Source of the DNA: Chloroflexota bacterium
GTDB lineage: Bacteria > Vulcanimicrobiota > JAMCWD01
DNA length: 64,000 nt
Direction of reading: 5' to 3'
NCBI GenBank assembly: GCA_023475345.1
Contig: JAMCWD010000067.1
Location: 11,513 to 75,512, forward strand
Translations under genes and position numbers: made by a program
The notes under the pieces: generated by a model
The model's input: only the letters and a program-made list of their open reading frames with translations
Told to the model about the DNA's origin: nothing
The model's database searches: none
Shown: one piece after another, positions 27,700-38,647 of the stretch
Layout: each line of letters starts with the position of its first letter
Numbering within the stretch: position 1 is the stretch's first letter

Positions 27700-29214
27700 T
27701 TACCTGTCCGCAGGATAAATTTTCATATCACAGTTTTCTGCCGCCGTAAACGAGATGTTATCTATCGAATCAAGGCATTCCACAGCCGGGTACTGGATAG
27801 CCATCGGGAGCAATACAGGCTCTTCGGGCGGCGGGTTCAAGGGGATGTCAACATCCTTCTGTATCACCATGCGGTAGGGATCCTGGTTTGCAAAGAAGTA
27901 ATCGATGTATTTGTTCCTCTGTTCATCGGTTAAGCCCACAGGGTATAAGCCGGTCTGGGCGATGGAAGTATCCGCCGGGACCCAGCCGTAATTCTGGAGG
28001 TAAAATTCCGCCCAGAAATGAGGTCCGCTATATCCGGGGCACAACTGTATCCCGCCGGTAGCCCTGGCAGGGATCCCCAGCGATCTGCATAATGCCGCGA
28101 AATACATGCTCTGGGCGCCGCAGTCGCCGAACCCGTTTTTGTGGACGAACAACGATTCGGGGCTTTCTTCTGCGCCAAGCGATACATGGGGCATCAGCCC
28201 GTAATTTATATTCCTGACTATGTAATCGTAAATCATCCTGGCTTGCCGGTACGGATTCTTTTCGCCGCCGACGATATCGAGAGCCTTCCGGCTTATCTCT
28301 TCGTCGAATACCGTGCTGCCGAAAGATTTTGTAAATCTCTGGTAATCCGCAGATCCTTTATCATATATGCCCACATTTTCGGGGTCGATGTCAAACCTCT
28401 GCTCGTAATGTGTAAATGTGAATCTGACCTCGGCTTCAAGCTTGTCTTTGACATCGGATATAGGGATGGAACAATATGCAATGCCGATGTCCCCGCTGAT
28501 GACCGCCGGTACTGTGAAATACTGTTCCGGCGAAACGGAGATGACTTCGACATCCCTCTGACATTCTGTCAATACAGGGAGCGGGAACCATATACGAACA
28601 ACACCTGTTTTTGGTAATTTCTCTTTCGGGATGGAAAGCGAATAACTCCCGTAATATTTTACGGGCTTGACAATGGGCTTCCATTTCTTTTCCGGGTAGC
28701 CGCTCCCGGAATACCTGAAAATAATATCTCCGTAGGCGTCGAAAAATGACAGGTGAGCACTGTCGATCTTTTTATTGAGCCGCATGAGGCTTATATCCGA
28801 GAATAGTATGTTTACCGCCGCTTCTGAGAAATAATAAGGCTTACCGTCTATGATTTTAAAGGGGATCTTGCCGTCTTTAATCAATTCGTCCAGTTCCGCC
28901 CCGCTTAATGACGGGATCTCCTTCTTAACCGATTCGCGGAGGCCTTTTTCGTCAAGCTGGTAATCAGAACAAAGCCGTTGTACCAGGTGTATCATCTTGT
29001 TGCATGAACGGGCGCTTTCTCTATCACCCTTCTGGGAGTATAATTCGGATGCCTTCTTATAATTTTCATAAGCCGCCGTATAATATCCCCTGTCGTAGAA
29101 GCCGCGTGCTTTCTCTCGGAGATCATCCGCACTGCCCGCATAGGCTGCGGCAATTGAAAAAAAGAATAAGCCCGCCAGGATGACAATAAACGCCGAACTT
29201 TTAAACTTGCTCAT
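27700..29214 (-). CDS. Secreted transglutaminase-like cysteine protease family protein
   Basis: Signal peptide, TPR-like N-terminus, GDCGAQSMYFAALCRSLGIPAR, HFWAEFY and WVPAD (Cys-His-Asp triad). Confidence 0.88.
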   Translation of the reverse strand: MSKFKSSAFIVILAGLFFFSIAAAYAGSADDLREKARGFYDRGYYTAAYENYKKASELYSQKGDRESARSCNKMIHLVQRLCSDYQLDEKGLRESVKKEIPSLSGAELDELIKDGKIPFKIIDGKPYYFSEAAVNILFSDISLMRLNKKIDSAHLSFFDAYGDIIFRYSGSGYPEKKWKPIVKPVKYYGSYSLSIPKEKLPKTGVVRIWFPLPVLTECQRDVEVISVSPEQYFTVPAVISGDIGIAYCSIPISDVKDKLEAEVRFTFTHYEQRFDIDPENVGIYDKGSADYQRFTKSFGSTVFDEEISRKALDIVGGEKNPYRQARMIYDYIVRNINYGLMPHVSLGAEESPESLFVHKNGFGDCGAQSMYFAALCRSLGIPARATGGIQLCPGYSGPHFWAEFYLQNYGWVPADTSIAQTGLYPVGLTDEQRNKYIDYFFANQDPYRMVIQKDVDIPLNPPPEEPVLLPMAIQYPAVECLDSIDNISFTAAENCDMKIYPADR

Positions 29215-29490
29215 ACGCCCCCTCCTACGAAATCTAAATGAGTATTAATTGTTATAATTAAATATGAGCAAATTTATTCCTCTGCTTTAAGGCAGAAAGC
29301 CTGCGTAAATTTTTACTGAATCAATAATATCCGGGATATAACACATTTTCTCCTCTATGGAGCAGAATAACTTTAAGAATTGAGTATTCCTTGCCATTGT
29401 AGGGCGGTTTTCGTTATGATAATATTGAATTGACTGAATCGAAGCAATTACAGAAACCGAGTAACTACCACTCGTGCAGGAGGGGAAAAA

Positions 29491-30561
29491 ATGAATCATT
29501 TACAAAAAATAAAGTTTTCAGGTCTGATGATACCTGCCCTGCTCATCCTTATGGCGGTCATCATAAGTGGTTGTGGTGTTTATTTTCAGAGTAATCCCGC
29601 CGGGCCCGTGGTGCTGGCCGAAGGCGACGGCATAGTAATCACAGGCCAGCCCGGCAGCGTGCCTCCCGGAGTAACACTTACCATAGCTAATGTTACCGAA
29701 GCTGAAGCCGAGGCCGCCGCGGCTTTTACCCCCAGCCAGATATTTTTCCTGGGGGCCGATTTCGGCCCGGACGGCACGGTTTTTACCCCTCCCGTTACAA
29801 TCACTTTTACCCTCCCCATGAAATTATATCCGGGATGGAAGCTCCTTTTTTACCGGCTTGAAAACAACGCATGGGTAAATACCGGCCTTGAAGCAACCGT
29901 GAACGAAGACGGTTTAACCGCAAGCGTCCAGGTATCCCACTTTTCGACGTATGTCCTCTTTCTGGATGAAAACTGGGAAGAGGTTACTTACGGCGATTAT
30001 ACCCTGGCGTCCGTGATAAACGGAGTTCCCGTATCAAATATACAAGACCCTATAATCCTTGTTTCTGGGAAAACAAACGATCCGGCTGTCATAGCAAAAG
30101 TCATGGAAGTAACGGGGAAGACCGAGGAAGATGCGGTTTATCTGCTTCGATCCTTTGATGACACCGGGGACAATATAGTCCAGGTCCTGCAATTACGCCA
30201 GGATGTGAAAACAATAAGATACTGGCCCGATAACCCGGATGAAAAATACGGCCGCTGGTTGACCGTTACCGAAATCGATACGTTGTATTCGCCCGAAGGA
30301 GCCAGGGAGTATTATGCCCTTCCCAATTCTAATACATCACTGAATGTAACCCAATACAGGCTGAAGCCGGGCGCGATAGTAATTTACGGGGTATGCGCCG
30401 ACATGACCTGGAGCGAAATATTCGGGCCTTATGCCACAGGGGGCGGATTACAATTCTACGCACCGGATGCAACAGTCTGGGTTGGTCATGCGGAATTGAA
30501 CCCGGATGTCATAGAATTGGAAACTGAATTACGGTATGTTAAATCACATGTTGAGCCTTAA
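29491..30561 (+). CDS. Lipoprotein with ZU5-like domain and TNT-like C-terminal domain
   Basis: Lipobox IISGC; FGPDGTVF..PVTIT and VSHFSTY; C-terminal RYW..YGRWLT..ALP..GGGLQFY. Confidence 0.75.
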   Translation: MNHLQKIKFSGLMIPALLILMAVIISGCGVYFQSNPAGPVVLAEGDGIVITGQPGSVPPGVTLTIANVTEAEAEAAAAFTPSQIFFLGADFGPDGTVFTPPVTITFTLPMKLYPGWKLLFYRLENNAWVNTGLEATVNEDGLTASVQVSHFSTYVLFLDENWEEVTYGDYTLASVINGVPVSNIQDPIILVSGKTNDPAVIAKVMEVTGKTEEDAVYLLRSFDDTGDNIVQVLQLRQDVKTIRYWPDNPDEKYGRWLTVTEIDTLYSPEGAREYYALPNSNTSLNVTQYRLKPGAIVIYGVCADMTWSEIFGPYATGGGLQFYAPDATVWVGHAELNPDVIELETELRYVKSHVEP

Positions 30562-30570
30562 GAGACTGAG

Positions 30571-31074
30571 ATGAGCCTGCCTGATCAAATAAACAGGGAC
30601 GCGCTCCTGGAAAGAATTAAAAAACTTTTCATAGAGGCGAAGCAAGCTGACGCTCATGTGCCGGAAAGAATCGCCGGGGAACTGGAAGAGATGATCCGTT
30701 GCCTTGAGCGCCTGGAGCCGGATTTGAGGCAGTTGTCGTCATATACCGGTACGATTATGTACTGGTATCTCGACCGGGGAGTAAAGGAAATTCCCGCGCA
30801 TTACGACATTTCCCGGCTGGCTATCGACATCGATAAATTATATAACATCAGGAAAGCCCTGGACAGTGTCCAATCACTTGTTTTAGAAACGGACGCCCCG
30901 CAGGATCTCCGGGAATTAACCCGGCTCCTGAAAAGCATGCTCACCATCTTTACGCCTGATGGCCGGATGGACAGCAAGGGATACAGCGAGCTTGCTTCTC
31001 AATTAAGAAAAATAACCGGAGCCAACCGGGCATATCTTGAAAAAAATATGGGCAGCTATATTTTCCACATTTAA
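30571..31074 (+). CDS. Hypothetical alpha-helical cytoplasmic protein (possible immunity protein)
   Basis: 167-aa ORF 9 bp after the lipoprotein stop, no signal peptide. Confidence 0.65.
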   Translation: MSLPDQINRDALLERIKKLFIEAKQADAHVPERIAGELEEMIRCLERLEPDLRQLSSYTGTIMYWYLDRGVKEIPAHYDISRLAIDIDKLYNIRKALDSVQSLVLETDAPQDLRELTRLLKSMLTIFTPDGRMDSKGYSELASQLRKITGANRAYLEKNMGSYIFHI

Positions 31075-31164
31075 TCAGCGCCGGGATTAACATTACACCG
31101 TAACTTAAAGGTAAATTTGTATTTAACAAGAAATCATTTTTATCTGTCTGCAGAATTTTTGTAT

Positions 31165-32433
31165 ATGAAAATTGCTTTCGTCCATAACTCTTTCCTCAAT
31201 ACAGGGGGAGCCGAAAAGTTCACCCAGTGGCTTTGCGCCGCCCTGGCGGAAAGAGGGCACGACATTACCCTGATATCGCCGACTTTCAATGAGGATATCA
31301 AAAAATCCATCACGAATTCGGGGGTCAGTTGTGAAACAATAAAATTGAGGCCCTTCTCCCTTTCCTTAATAGGCCAGAGATTCAACCAGCTCAAGGTTAC
31401 GTTTCAAAAAGGGGTCCCGAAAATCAAGCTGCTTTCTTCCGAGCGGATCTTTGTTGAAGAAAACAATGCCGTATTCAATGAAATCGGGCTTTCATTATCA
31501 CGGCTCCTGCCCGGATATGACCTGGTAATACCTCATATATGGCCGTCTCACATCTGGACGGCTTACGCGATAAGGAAAATGAAAACAAAGCCAGCCCTGA
31601 TCTGGATATGCCAGGAACCCCACCGGGTGTTGTATTCAAATATAACGGACGCATATTCGCCGGCCCATGAAAAGACGGAAACGGCTGATGAAGCTTTTCT
31701 CAAAGAGCAGGATCAAAAAGCCGCGTCGATTATGGATGTGATTATTGGAAACAGCGAATTTTCCAGGAAAAATATAAGCACGATATACCCGGACAAAGAT
31801 GTCAGGAAGATATTGCTGGGCTTCCACAGTGAGAGGGTCGCCGGTTCCCCGCAGATTATAGAGGACGGGATTTTCAGGATCGTCTGCGTGAACAGGCTTT
31901 TCTCACCGAAGAACGTTCAGGGTGTCATAAAAGCTTACGCCTATTTAAAGGAACTGGCCCCCCGGCTTTACGATCAAACAAGGCTACAAATCGTAGGGAC
32001 GGGGCCTTATGAAAAAGAATTGAAAGATTTGGGTTCGAATCTCGGGATTGACGACAGGATTGAATTCACAGGTTTCGTGGATGATAAGGATCTGCCCGGC
32101 TATTATGCGAACGCCGCCCTGGTCATCTATCTTCCTTACGGCGAGCCTTTCGGCCTTGTCCCTGTGGAAGCGATGAGGTGGGGGAAGCCTGTCATAGCAA
32201 GCTCCCACGGCGGCCCTGCGGAAACTGTCGTTGACGGCGAAACCGGCTTCCTGGTCGATCCCGGAGATTACGAGTCGGCGGCAAAGGCCGTCGAAAAACT
32301 GCTCATCAACCCGGAGTTAAGAATGGAGATGGGCGAGGCCGGGAAAAGCCGGGCTGAAAAATTCTTCAGTCATGACAGGGTCGTTGACGAATTTGAAAAG
32401 ATATTTTTCGAAAAGACAAAGCCTGGTAAATAA
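31165..32433 (+). CDS. Glycosyltransferase family 4
   Basis: GGAEK, EPFGLVPVEAM..GKPVIAS..GG..ETV.DGETGFLV. Confidence 0.92.
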   Translation: MKIAFVHNSFLNTGGAEKFTQWLCAALAERGHDITLISPTFNEDIKKSITNSGVSCETIKLRPFSLSLIGQRFNQLKVTFQKGVPKIKLLSSERIFVEENNAVFNEIGLSLSRLLPGYDLVIPHIWPSHIWTAYAIRKMKTKPALIWICQEPHRVLYSNITDAYSPAHEKTETADEAFLKEQDQKAASIMDVIIGNSEFSRKNISTIYPDKDVRKILLGFHSERVAGSPQIIEDGIFRIVCVNRLFSPKNVQGVIKAYAYLKELAPRLYDQTRLQIVGTGPYEKELKDLGSNLGIDDRIEFTGFVDDKDLPGYYANAALVIYLPYGEPFGLVPVEAMRWGKPVIASSHGGPAETVVDGETGFLVDPGDYESAAKAVEKLLINPELRMEMGEAGKSRAEKFFSHDRVVDEFEKIFFEKTKPGK

Positions 32434-32462
32434 CGTTCCCGGCTGATGCCCCGAAGAAATTT

Positions 32463-33434
32463 TTACTTCACGGAAGCCTTTACCTTGTCCCGCCAGTAAT
32501 TCAGAATATCTTCCAGAGTTTTTTCAAACGGGATCTCCGGCTTCCAGCCTGTCAGCTCCCTCAGTTTTGTCGCATCACCAAGCAGGACAGGCACATCGGA
32601 CGGGCGGAGCCTGGAAGGGTCAACTTCGATTTTTATCTTAACCGTGCTCATGGATAAAAGCATATCCAGCAATTCCCGGATCGAATGGTCCGTCCCGGAG
32701 GCTATGTTATATACTTCTCCCGACTCCCCTTTCTCGGTCGCCAGCCAGTAGGCCCTCACGGTATCCCTGACATCGGTGAAATCGCGGCGGGCTTCCAGGT
32801 TGCCTACTCTAATAACGGGTTCCAGGAGGTCTGCTTCTATATCGGCTATCTGCTTTGCAAAGTTGGAGCTTACGAAAACTTCACCGCGCCTCGGCCCCGT
32901 ATGATTGAAAGCCCGGGTCCTTATTATCTTCAGGCCGTAGCTCCTGTTGTATTGATATCCCAGGAGATCCTGGGCGACCTTGCTGACCCCGTAAGGGGAC
33001 ATCGGCCTTAACGGGTTCGTTTCCTTTATGGGGATCTCGTCCGGATAAACCATGCCGTATTCTTCGCTCGAACACGCAAGTTGTATCCTGGGATTGATCT
33101 CAATCTGCCGGACTGCTTCAAAGATGTTGAGTTCGCTTATGACATTGTTTGTTATGGTGTCTGCGGGGGCGTGCCATGACGTGGGGACATAGCTCTGGGC
33201 GGCAAGGTGAAAAATATAATCCGGCCGCACATGCTCCAGCATACTCATGACGGACGTGGAATCCTTGAGGTCGCATTCTATTAATTCTATCTTGTTTTTT
33301 ATATGCTCCACGTTATCCATGCGGCTCCGCCAGCGTACCGAGCCGTAAATTCGGGATTCGGGGTGAATTGACATGATATACTCGGCCAGGTACGGCCCGA
33401 CAAAACCGGTAATGCCGGTTATAAGCACTTTCAT
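32463..33434 (-). CDS. GDP-mannose 4,6-dehydratase / GDP-4-keto-6-deoxymannose reductase family SDR
   Basis: ITGITGFVG, HLAAQSYV, SSEEYG, SPYGVSK, RAFNHTGP, GNL..RRDFTDVRD. Confidence 0.88.
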   Translation of the reverse strand: MKVLITGITGFVGPYLAEYIMSIHPESRIYGSVRWRSRMDNVEHIKNKIELIECDLKDSTSVMSMLEHVRPDYIFHLAAQSYVPTSWHAPADTITNNVISELNIFEAVRQIEINPRIQLACSSEEYGMVYPDEIPIKETNPLRPMSPYGVSKVAQDLLGYQYNRSYGLKIIRTRAFNHTGPRRGEVFVSSNFAKQIADIEADLLEPVIRVGNLEARRDFTDVRDTVRAYWLATEKGESGEVYNIASGTDHSIRELLDMLLSMSTVKIKIEVDPSRLRPSDVPVLLGDATKLRELTGWKPEIPFEKTLEDILNYWRDKVKASVK

Positions 33435-33533
33435 TTATGAAGCCTCCTTGATTAATAAGAACTCAATAACTGTAATTTTCAAATTCGACAACCCGTAACT
33501 TCTCCCTTTATAAACCGGCCTGCGCCTGCCATA

Positions 33534-35375
33534 TTAAGCTTCCGACTTAACAAGGTTTTTGTCCTGGCGAAGCTGTGTCTTACAATATGCCGCGTAAAGG
33601 CCGCCCTTCTTGAACAGGTCATCATGGGTGCCTGCTTCTTCGATGCCGCCGTCTTCGATAACGATTATTTTATGAGCTTTTCTGACCGTCGAGAGGCGGT
33701 GAGCTATAACGATAGTGGTACGGTCTTTCATCAAACGGTCCAGCGCATCCTGTATCAGGGCTTCGGACTGGGTATCGACGCTTGAAGTGGCCTCGTCGAG
33801 GATAAGTATGCGGGGGTCTCTCAAAAGCGCTCTGGCGATTGCAATCCGCTGGCGCTGGCCTCCCGAAAGTGTCATCCCGCGTTCCCCGACTATGGTATCG
33901 TAGCCGTGGGGCATATCCATTATAAATTCATGCGCATGGGCCGCTATCGCCGCCTGCTCTATCTCTTCCTGAGTTGCATCCAGCTTCCCGTATAGCAGGT
34001 TGTCCCTGATTGTGCCGGAGAACAAAATCGTTTCCTGCGATACTATGCCCAACTGCCTTCTCAGGCTCTTAAGGTTGATATCTTTCAAATCATGACCGTC
34101 AACCGTAATGACCCCGCCTGTGGGATCGAAAAAACGCGGGATGAGATTTACCGTGGTGGTTTTTCCTGCGCCGCTCCTCCCGACAAGGGCAAGTATCGTC
34201 CCTGCAGGCACATCGAAAGTTAAGTTTTTGATCACCGGGATGCCGGGTTCATATTCGAAAGAAACATCCTTAAATTCTATGCTGCCTTCTATGCGGCCGG
34301 GATCTATCTTGCTTGCGGAATCCGGTTCCTCGGGCGTCGAATCCATGACTTCAAAAATCCGGTTTGCGGAAACGAGGGCCGTCAAAAGCGACGAATATGT
34401 GGATGCAATCTTATTAACAGGGTTCATCGTCATGCTCATGAGCGCCCAGAACATGAACATATCCCCGACCGAAAACTTGCCCCGTATGACTTCCAGGCCG
34501 CCGTACCATACGGCCACGGCAATGCCCAGGGCGGCAAGAAATTCAACGACCGGAAGCTGCGTTGCATTGAACTGGGTCATCTTCATGACATTTGCGTAAA
34601 GACTTTCGCTTTCGTTATTGAAGCGCTTGATCTCATGGCCCTCACGCGCAAACCCCTTGGTGATCCTTATGCCGGTAATGGATTCCTGGAGCCTGCTCAT
34701 GATATTGGAGGATTGGACCTGCATCCTGTACGCGGCCTGTTTTATATAGAGGCCGAACCTGACCACCGCCACCGATACAAGCGGGCTTATTGCAAGTATC
34801 AATAAGGTCATCTTCCAGTTAAGCCAGAACATCCACGCCATGGCGCCGATAATTATGATCACGTAATTGATAAAATTGATTAGTTCCACTCCCAGGGCGG
34901 TGGCGAGGTTCCCCGAATCTACAAGCACCCTTACTATAAGATCTCCCGTCTTGAACCTTTCGACAGTCCTGAGCGGCAAGAATTGTATATGATAAAAAAC
35001 GTCGTCCCGGATATCTCTGACGGCCTGCTGCATCCCGTACGGCATCAAGTACGCCTGGGCGTACCCGAAAATGCCTTTTGCGAAAACTATGATAATAAAT
35101 CCTATTACTATCGCATTAAATATCCATAACGCGCTTGCGCTGAACTCAAAATTAATAAACGGGATAACGACATGCCTTATGGGGTTCCCTTTCTCGATGA
35201 TATTATCTATCAAATATTTGATCATCAAAGGATAAAGCAGCGCCAGGCCGTTTACTATAAGGGTACAGACGAAAGCTATAACAATAGGCTTCCAGTAAGG
35301 GAGCGAATAGTTAATTACGCGCCTCAGCATAACCACGTTCGAATTTTTCGTTATGTGATGAATCATTTTCGCCAT
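33534..35375 (-). CDS. ABC exporter, fused permease/ATPase (MsbA-like)
   Basis: TM domain plus GRSGAGKT, LSGGQRQR, ILDEATS. Confidence 0.92.
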   Translation of the reverse strand: MAKMIHHITKNSNVVMLRRVINYSLPYWKPIVIAFVCTLIVNGLALLYPLMIKYLIDNIIEKGNPIRHVVIPFINFEFSASALWIFNAIVIGFIIIVFAKGIFGYAQAYLMPYGMQQAVRDIRDDVFYHIQFLPLRTVERFKTGDLIVRVLVDSGNLATALGVELINFINYVIIIIGAMAWMFWLNWKMTLLILAISPLVSVAVVRFGLYIKQAAYRMQVQSSNIMSRLQESITGIRITKGFAREGHEIKRFNNESESLYANVMKMTQFNATQLPVVEFLAALGIAVAVWYGGLEVIRGKFSVGDMFMFWALMSMTMNPVNKIASTYSSLLTALVSANRIFEVMDSTPEEPDSASKIDPGRIEGSIEFKDVSFEYEPGIPVIKNLTFDVPAGTILALVGRSGAGKTTTVNLIPRFFDPTGGVITVDGHDLKDINLKSLRRQLGIVSQETILFSGTIRDNLLYGKLDATQEEIEQAAIAAHAHEFIMDMPHGYDTIVGERGMTLSGGQRQRIAIARALLRDPRILILDEATSSVDTQSEALIQDALDRLMKDRTTIVIAHRLSTVRKAHKIIVIEDGGIEEAGTHDDLFKKGGLYAAYCKTQLRQDKNLVKSEA

Positions 35376-35475
35376 AATTTCCGCGCTAAATTCGATGTTA
35401 AACGGGGAATACCTTTCTAAATTATAAATGTTGTGCCGAGTCCCGGCACTTTAATCAAACGGGGATTGCCGTGGC

Positions 35476-36201
35476 TTATTCTTTCCTGCAGAGATAACCC
35501 ATCCTCACTCCGAAATATGCCAGCACCTTAAATACCGGCCACAAGAATCCGGGGAAGCTCAAATTCTTTATCTCCGAATGAAAAGCCACCGGCTTCAATC
35601 CTGCATTTATAAGCTCCTTTTTGATTTCATACGGCATGTAGAAATGGGCAAAACCATAATCGGTCCTCCCTTCCTTAGTGGCCTTCAAATGCCAGTGATA
35701 AGATTCTACATTCAATTTGTTCGGCACCGTTACTGCGACATACCCTCCCTTTTTGCAGACCCTTGCCATCTCGTTCAACGACTGCTGTCTTTCCGCCTGC
35801 TCGGATAAATGCTCAACGACCGAAAAACTCACGACAAGGTCGAATGACTCGTCGGGGAAAGTAAGCTTTTTCATATCCTCGACCTGGAACCTGACCTTCG
35901 AGCACAGGTCGGGGGCTATCTCAAGCTCTAGTATCTTTTGGGCCGTTTCGATGGACCTGGGGGAAAGATCGACCGCAACCCACTCTTTTACCTGTGATGC
36001 ATAAAAAATCTCGTCGATAGGCTCCGAGCACCCTACGTTCAAAACTCTCATATCTTTAAGAGGGAGGCCGTAAAGCATGTACCAGTCGCTCAACAGCTTC
36101 TTTGCAAGATACCAGACTTCTTTTCTATATCCCGAAGCTATGAATTCTTCCGCCCTCTGTTCGTATCGCTCAATTACTTTTCCATCAACTTCCTGCGGCA
36201 A
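35476..36201 (-). CDS. Class I SAM-dependent methyltransferase
   Basis: VLNVGCS, VDLS, FPDESFDLV, VVEH, RVCKKGG. Confidence 0.85.
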   Translation of the reverse strand: MPQEVDGKVIERYEQRAEEFIASGYRKEVWYLAKKLLSDWYMLYGLPLKDMRVLNVGCSEPIDEIFYASQVKEWVAVDLSPRSIETAQKILELEIAPDLCSKVRFQVEDMKKLTFPDESFDLVVSFSVVEHLSEQAERQQSLNEMARVCKKGGYVAVTVPNKLNVESYHWHLKATKEGRTDYGFAHFYMPYEIKKELINAGLKPVAFHSEIKNLSFPGFLWPVFKVLAYFGVRMGYLCRKE

Positions 36202-36405
36202 TTATCAGGGCTCCTTTCAATTATTTACAAGTATTTGCAATTCGAAAATAATAAATTTCCGCCCGGTTATTTTAACACATCCCGGAGCCAGTTGTATTTC
36301 TTTTTTTATCAACCATATCCTCTGTAATTTTTCTTTATGTCAATCAATCGTTACCTGCGACGTGCTGAAAGGATTATACGCACATATTGTGGAATAGCCA
36401 TTTTC

Positions 36406-37230
36406 ATGAGTTGGATAGAATCCAGGACAGACGAAGAATGGAAAATCGAAACACAGAAACAGTGGGGAAACGACCCCTGTTGTGCTGTTTATGCCGAAGG
36501 CGAAGAGCCAGGAACGGTGCCGTTTTATGACAGGGTTCGGAAATTCCGTTACACCGATTATGCTCCCTGGATGCATGAAGCGATAGGGTTCGACAGGTAC
36601 AACGGTAAAAAATTACTTGAAATAGGCTGCGGCATGGGCATCGACCTCATGGAATTTGCAAAAGGGGGAGCAGCCGTTACAGGCATCGACCTGACGCGGG
36701 AACCGCTGGAAATAGCGGGGAAAGGTTTCGAATCTCATTCTCTCAAAGGGGAATTTCACAGGATGGATTCTGAGAAGCTGGAATTTCCCGACGGATCTTT
36801 TGATGTCGTTTACTCTTTCGGCGTCCTCCACCACACGCCCAATACCCAAAAAGCAATCGATGAAGTCCACAGAGTCCTCAAGCCGGGCGGCGAAGCCATA
36901 GTTATGCTTTACTACAAAAATTCGATCCATTACTGGTGGGCCCAGATGTTCATACATGGAGTGCTGAGGCTGAAGCTTTTTCGGATGTCCCCGGATGAAT
37001 TGCTAAGCAGCAATGTTGAAGTATCTCATTCCGGGGCGAAACCCCTGGTAAAAGTGTACAACAAAAAACAGGCGCGGGAACTGTTTAAAAATTTTTCTTC
37101 GACTTCGCTTGAAGTTTACCAGCTCCAGAGATACGAGATCCCCCTTATCAGCAGTTTATTATCAGATGCACAGGTAGAATCGTTAAGCAGAAAATTCGGC
37201 TGGTTCCTCCTCATCAAAGCGGTAAAATGA
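36406..37230 (+). CDS. Class I SAM-dependent methyltransferase
   Basis: LEIGCGMG.D, GIDLT, FPDGSFDVVYSFGVLHH, RVLKPGG. Confidence 0.9.
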   Translation: MSWIESRTDEEWKIETQKQWGNDPCCAVYAEGEEPGTVPFYDRVRKFRYTDYAPWMHEAIGFDRYNGKKLLEIGCGMGIDLMEFAKGGAAVTGIDLTREPLEIAGKGFESHSLKGEFHRMDSEKLEFPDGSFDVVYSFGVLHHTPNTQKAIDEVHRVLKPGGEAIVMLYYKNSIHYWWAQMFIHGVLRLKLFRMSPDELLSSNVEVSHSGAKPLVKVYNKKQARELFKNFSSTSLEVYQLQRYEIPLISSLLSDAQVESLSRKFGWFLLIKAVK

Positions 37231-37327
37231 AGCGAGTTTTCAAGATCAAAACTTTATTTCATCCGGTAATAAATTTTATATTGCCGCCGGGATGCTCTGA
37301 AGAAAACATGCTGGCGAGTTATATTTC

Positions 37328-38644
37328 ATGAGCTTTTTTAAAAAAGTATCGATGACCCTGGTTACCAAGCTGATCTGCCTGGTAATAGGGACCGTCTCGG
37401 GCATAATAGTGGCCCGCTGGCTGGGGCCTTATGGGAAAGGGATCCTGGCGATAGCAGGCGCAATGACGGGCGCTCTTCTTCAATTCGGCAACCTGGGGAT
37501 ACCTTCTTCCCTTATATATTACGGTTCCCGCGATCCTGAAAACGTGCCGAAACTGGCCGGGCTTAATTTCTGGATCGCATTGGTGCTGGGCACATTGCTG
37601 GGACTGGTTACTTATTCAATCGTCACCTTCAATCCCCAGTGGCTGGGAAAGGTGCCGTTCAATATTTTCGTTTTCGCGTTATTACTCGTCCCGTTTCAAT
37701 TTTTTAACCAGCTTTACCAGAACCTGCTCCTTGCCGTCCAGAGGATTTTCACTTTCAACATTTTCATCCTGATAGAAACTGTACTTTTCCTCGTTATGGC
37801 GGTAACGGTGGTCGTACTTTTGAAAAAGGGGGCGCTGGCCATAATCCTGGGCCAGTTCAGCATCGCGGTCCTCCTGGCGTGGGGATATTACCTGGCCGTG
37901 AGGAGCTTTTCAAAGATAGATCTCATCCCGGATTTCGACCTGCTGAAAAAATTGATAACCTACGGCCTGATTTTTTATGTAAACAACTTCCTTGCATACC
38001 TGCTTTTGCGATCGGACTTATTCCTGGTCAACTATTTCAGGAACACCAGCGAGGCGGGCATTTATTCGATAAGCGCAACTTTCGCCGATATGCTTACACT
38101 TACTCCACAGACCATAGGGATGATCCTCTTCCCGACGCTTTCGGCAGCCCGGCCCGAAGAAAGGGCCGGATACACCGCCAAGGTTCACAGGTTCACGGTA
38201 TTGCTGATGCTGTGCTTATGCGTAATTTCGGCATTCATCGCACAACCGCTCATAGTGCTGTTATACGGGAACGCATTCGCCGCGGCAGGGCCGCCGATAC
38301 TGTGGCTTCTGCCGGGGATCTTCTTCCTCTCTCTTGAAACTATTTTCGCCATGTACTACGCTTCGGAATACCTGCCCGCATTCGTCCCGATTTCATGGGC
38401 CGTATCGCTGGCTTTAAACGTGGGTCTGAACATCGTCCTTATCCCGAAAATAGGAATAATCGGGGCGGCTATTACATCTTCAATTGCATATACACTGGTG
38501 TTCGTTGTATTGATTACCCAGTTCATGAGGAAAACAAAAACGCCGCTGAGAGAACTTTTCATCCTCCGTCGCGGCGAATTCAAAGAGATTATCGATGGAA
38601 TCAAAAGCTTCAAGCCCGCCGGTAAACAGCCTGACCAGGCTTAA
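37328..38644 (+). CDS. Wzx-type oligosaccharide flippase (MOP family)
   Basis: ARWLGP..G, about 12 TM segments, GIYS.S, LIPKIGIIGAA. Confidence 0.88.
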   Translation: MSFFKKVSMTLVTKLICLVIGTVSGIIVARWLGPYGKGILAIAGAMTGALLQFGNLGIPSSLIYYGSRDPENVPKLAGLNFWIALVLGTLLGLVTYSIVTFNPQWLGKVPFNIFVFALLLVPFQFFNQLYQNLLLAVQRIFTFNIFILIETVLFLVMAVTVVVLLKKGALAIILGQFSIAVLLAWGYYLAVRSFSKIDLIPDFDLLKKLITYGLIFYVNNFLAYLLLRSDLFLVNYFRNTSEAGIYSISATFADMLTLTPQTIGMILFPTLSAARPEERAGYTAKVHRFTVLLMLCLCVISAFIAQPLIVLLYGNAFAAAGPPILWLLPGIFFLSLETIFAMYYASEYLPAFVPISWAVSLALNVGLNIVLIPKIGIIGAAITSSIAYTLVFVVLITQFMRKTKTPLRELFILRRGEFKEIIDGIKSFKPAGKQPDQA

Positions 38645-38647
38645 TTA

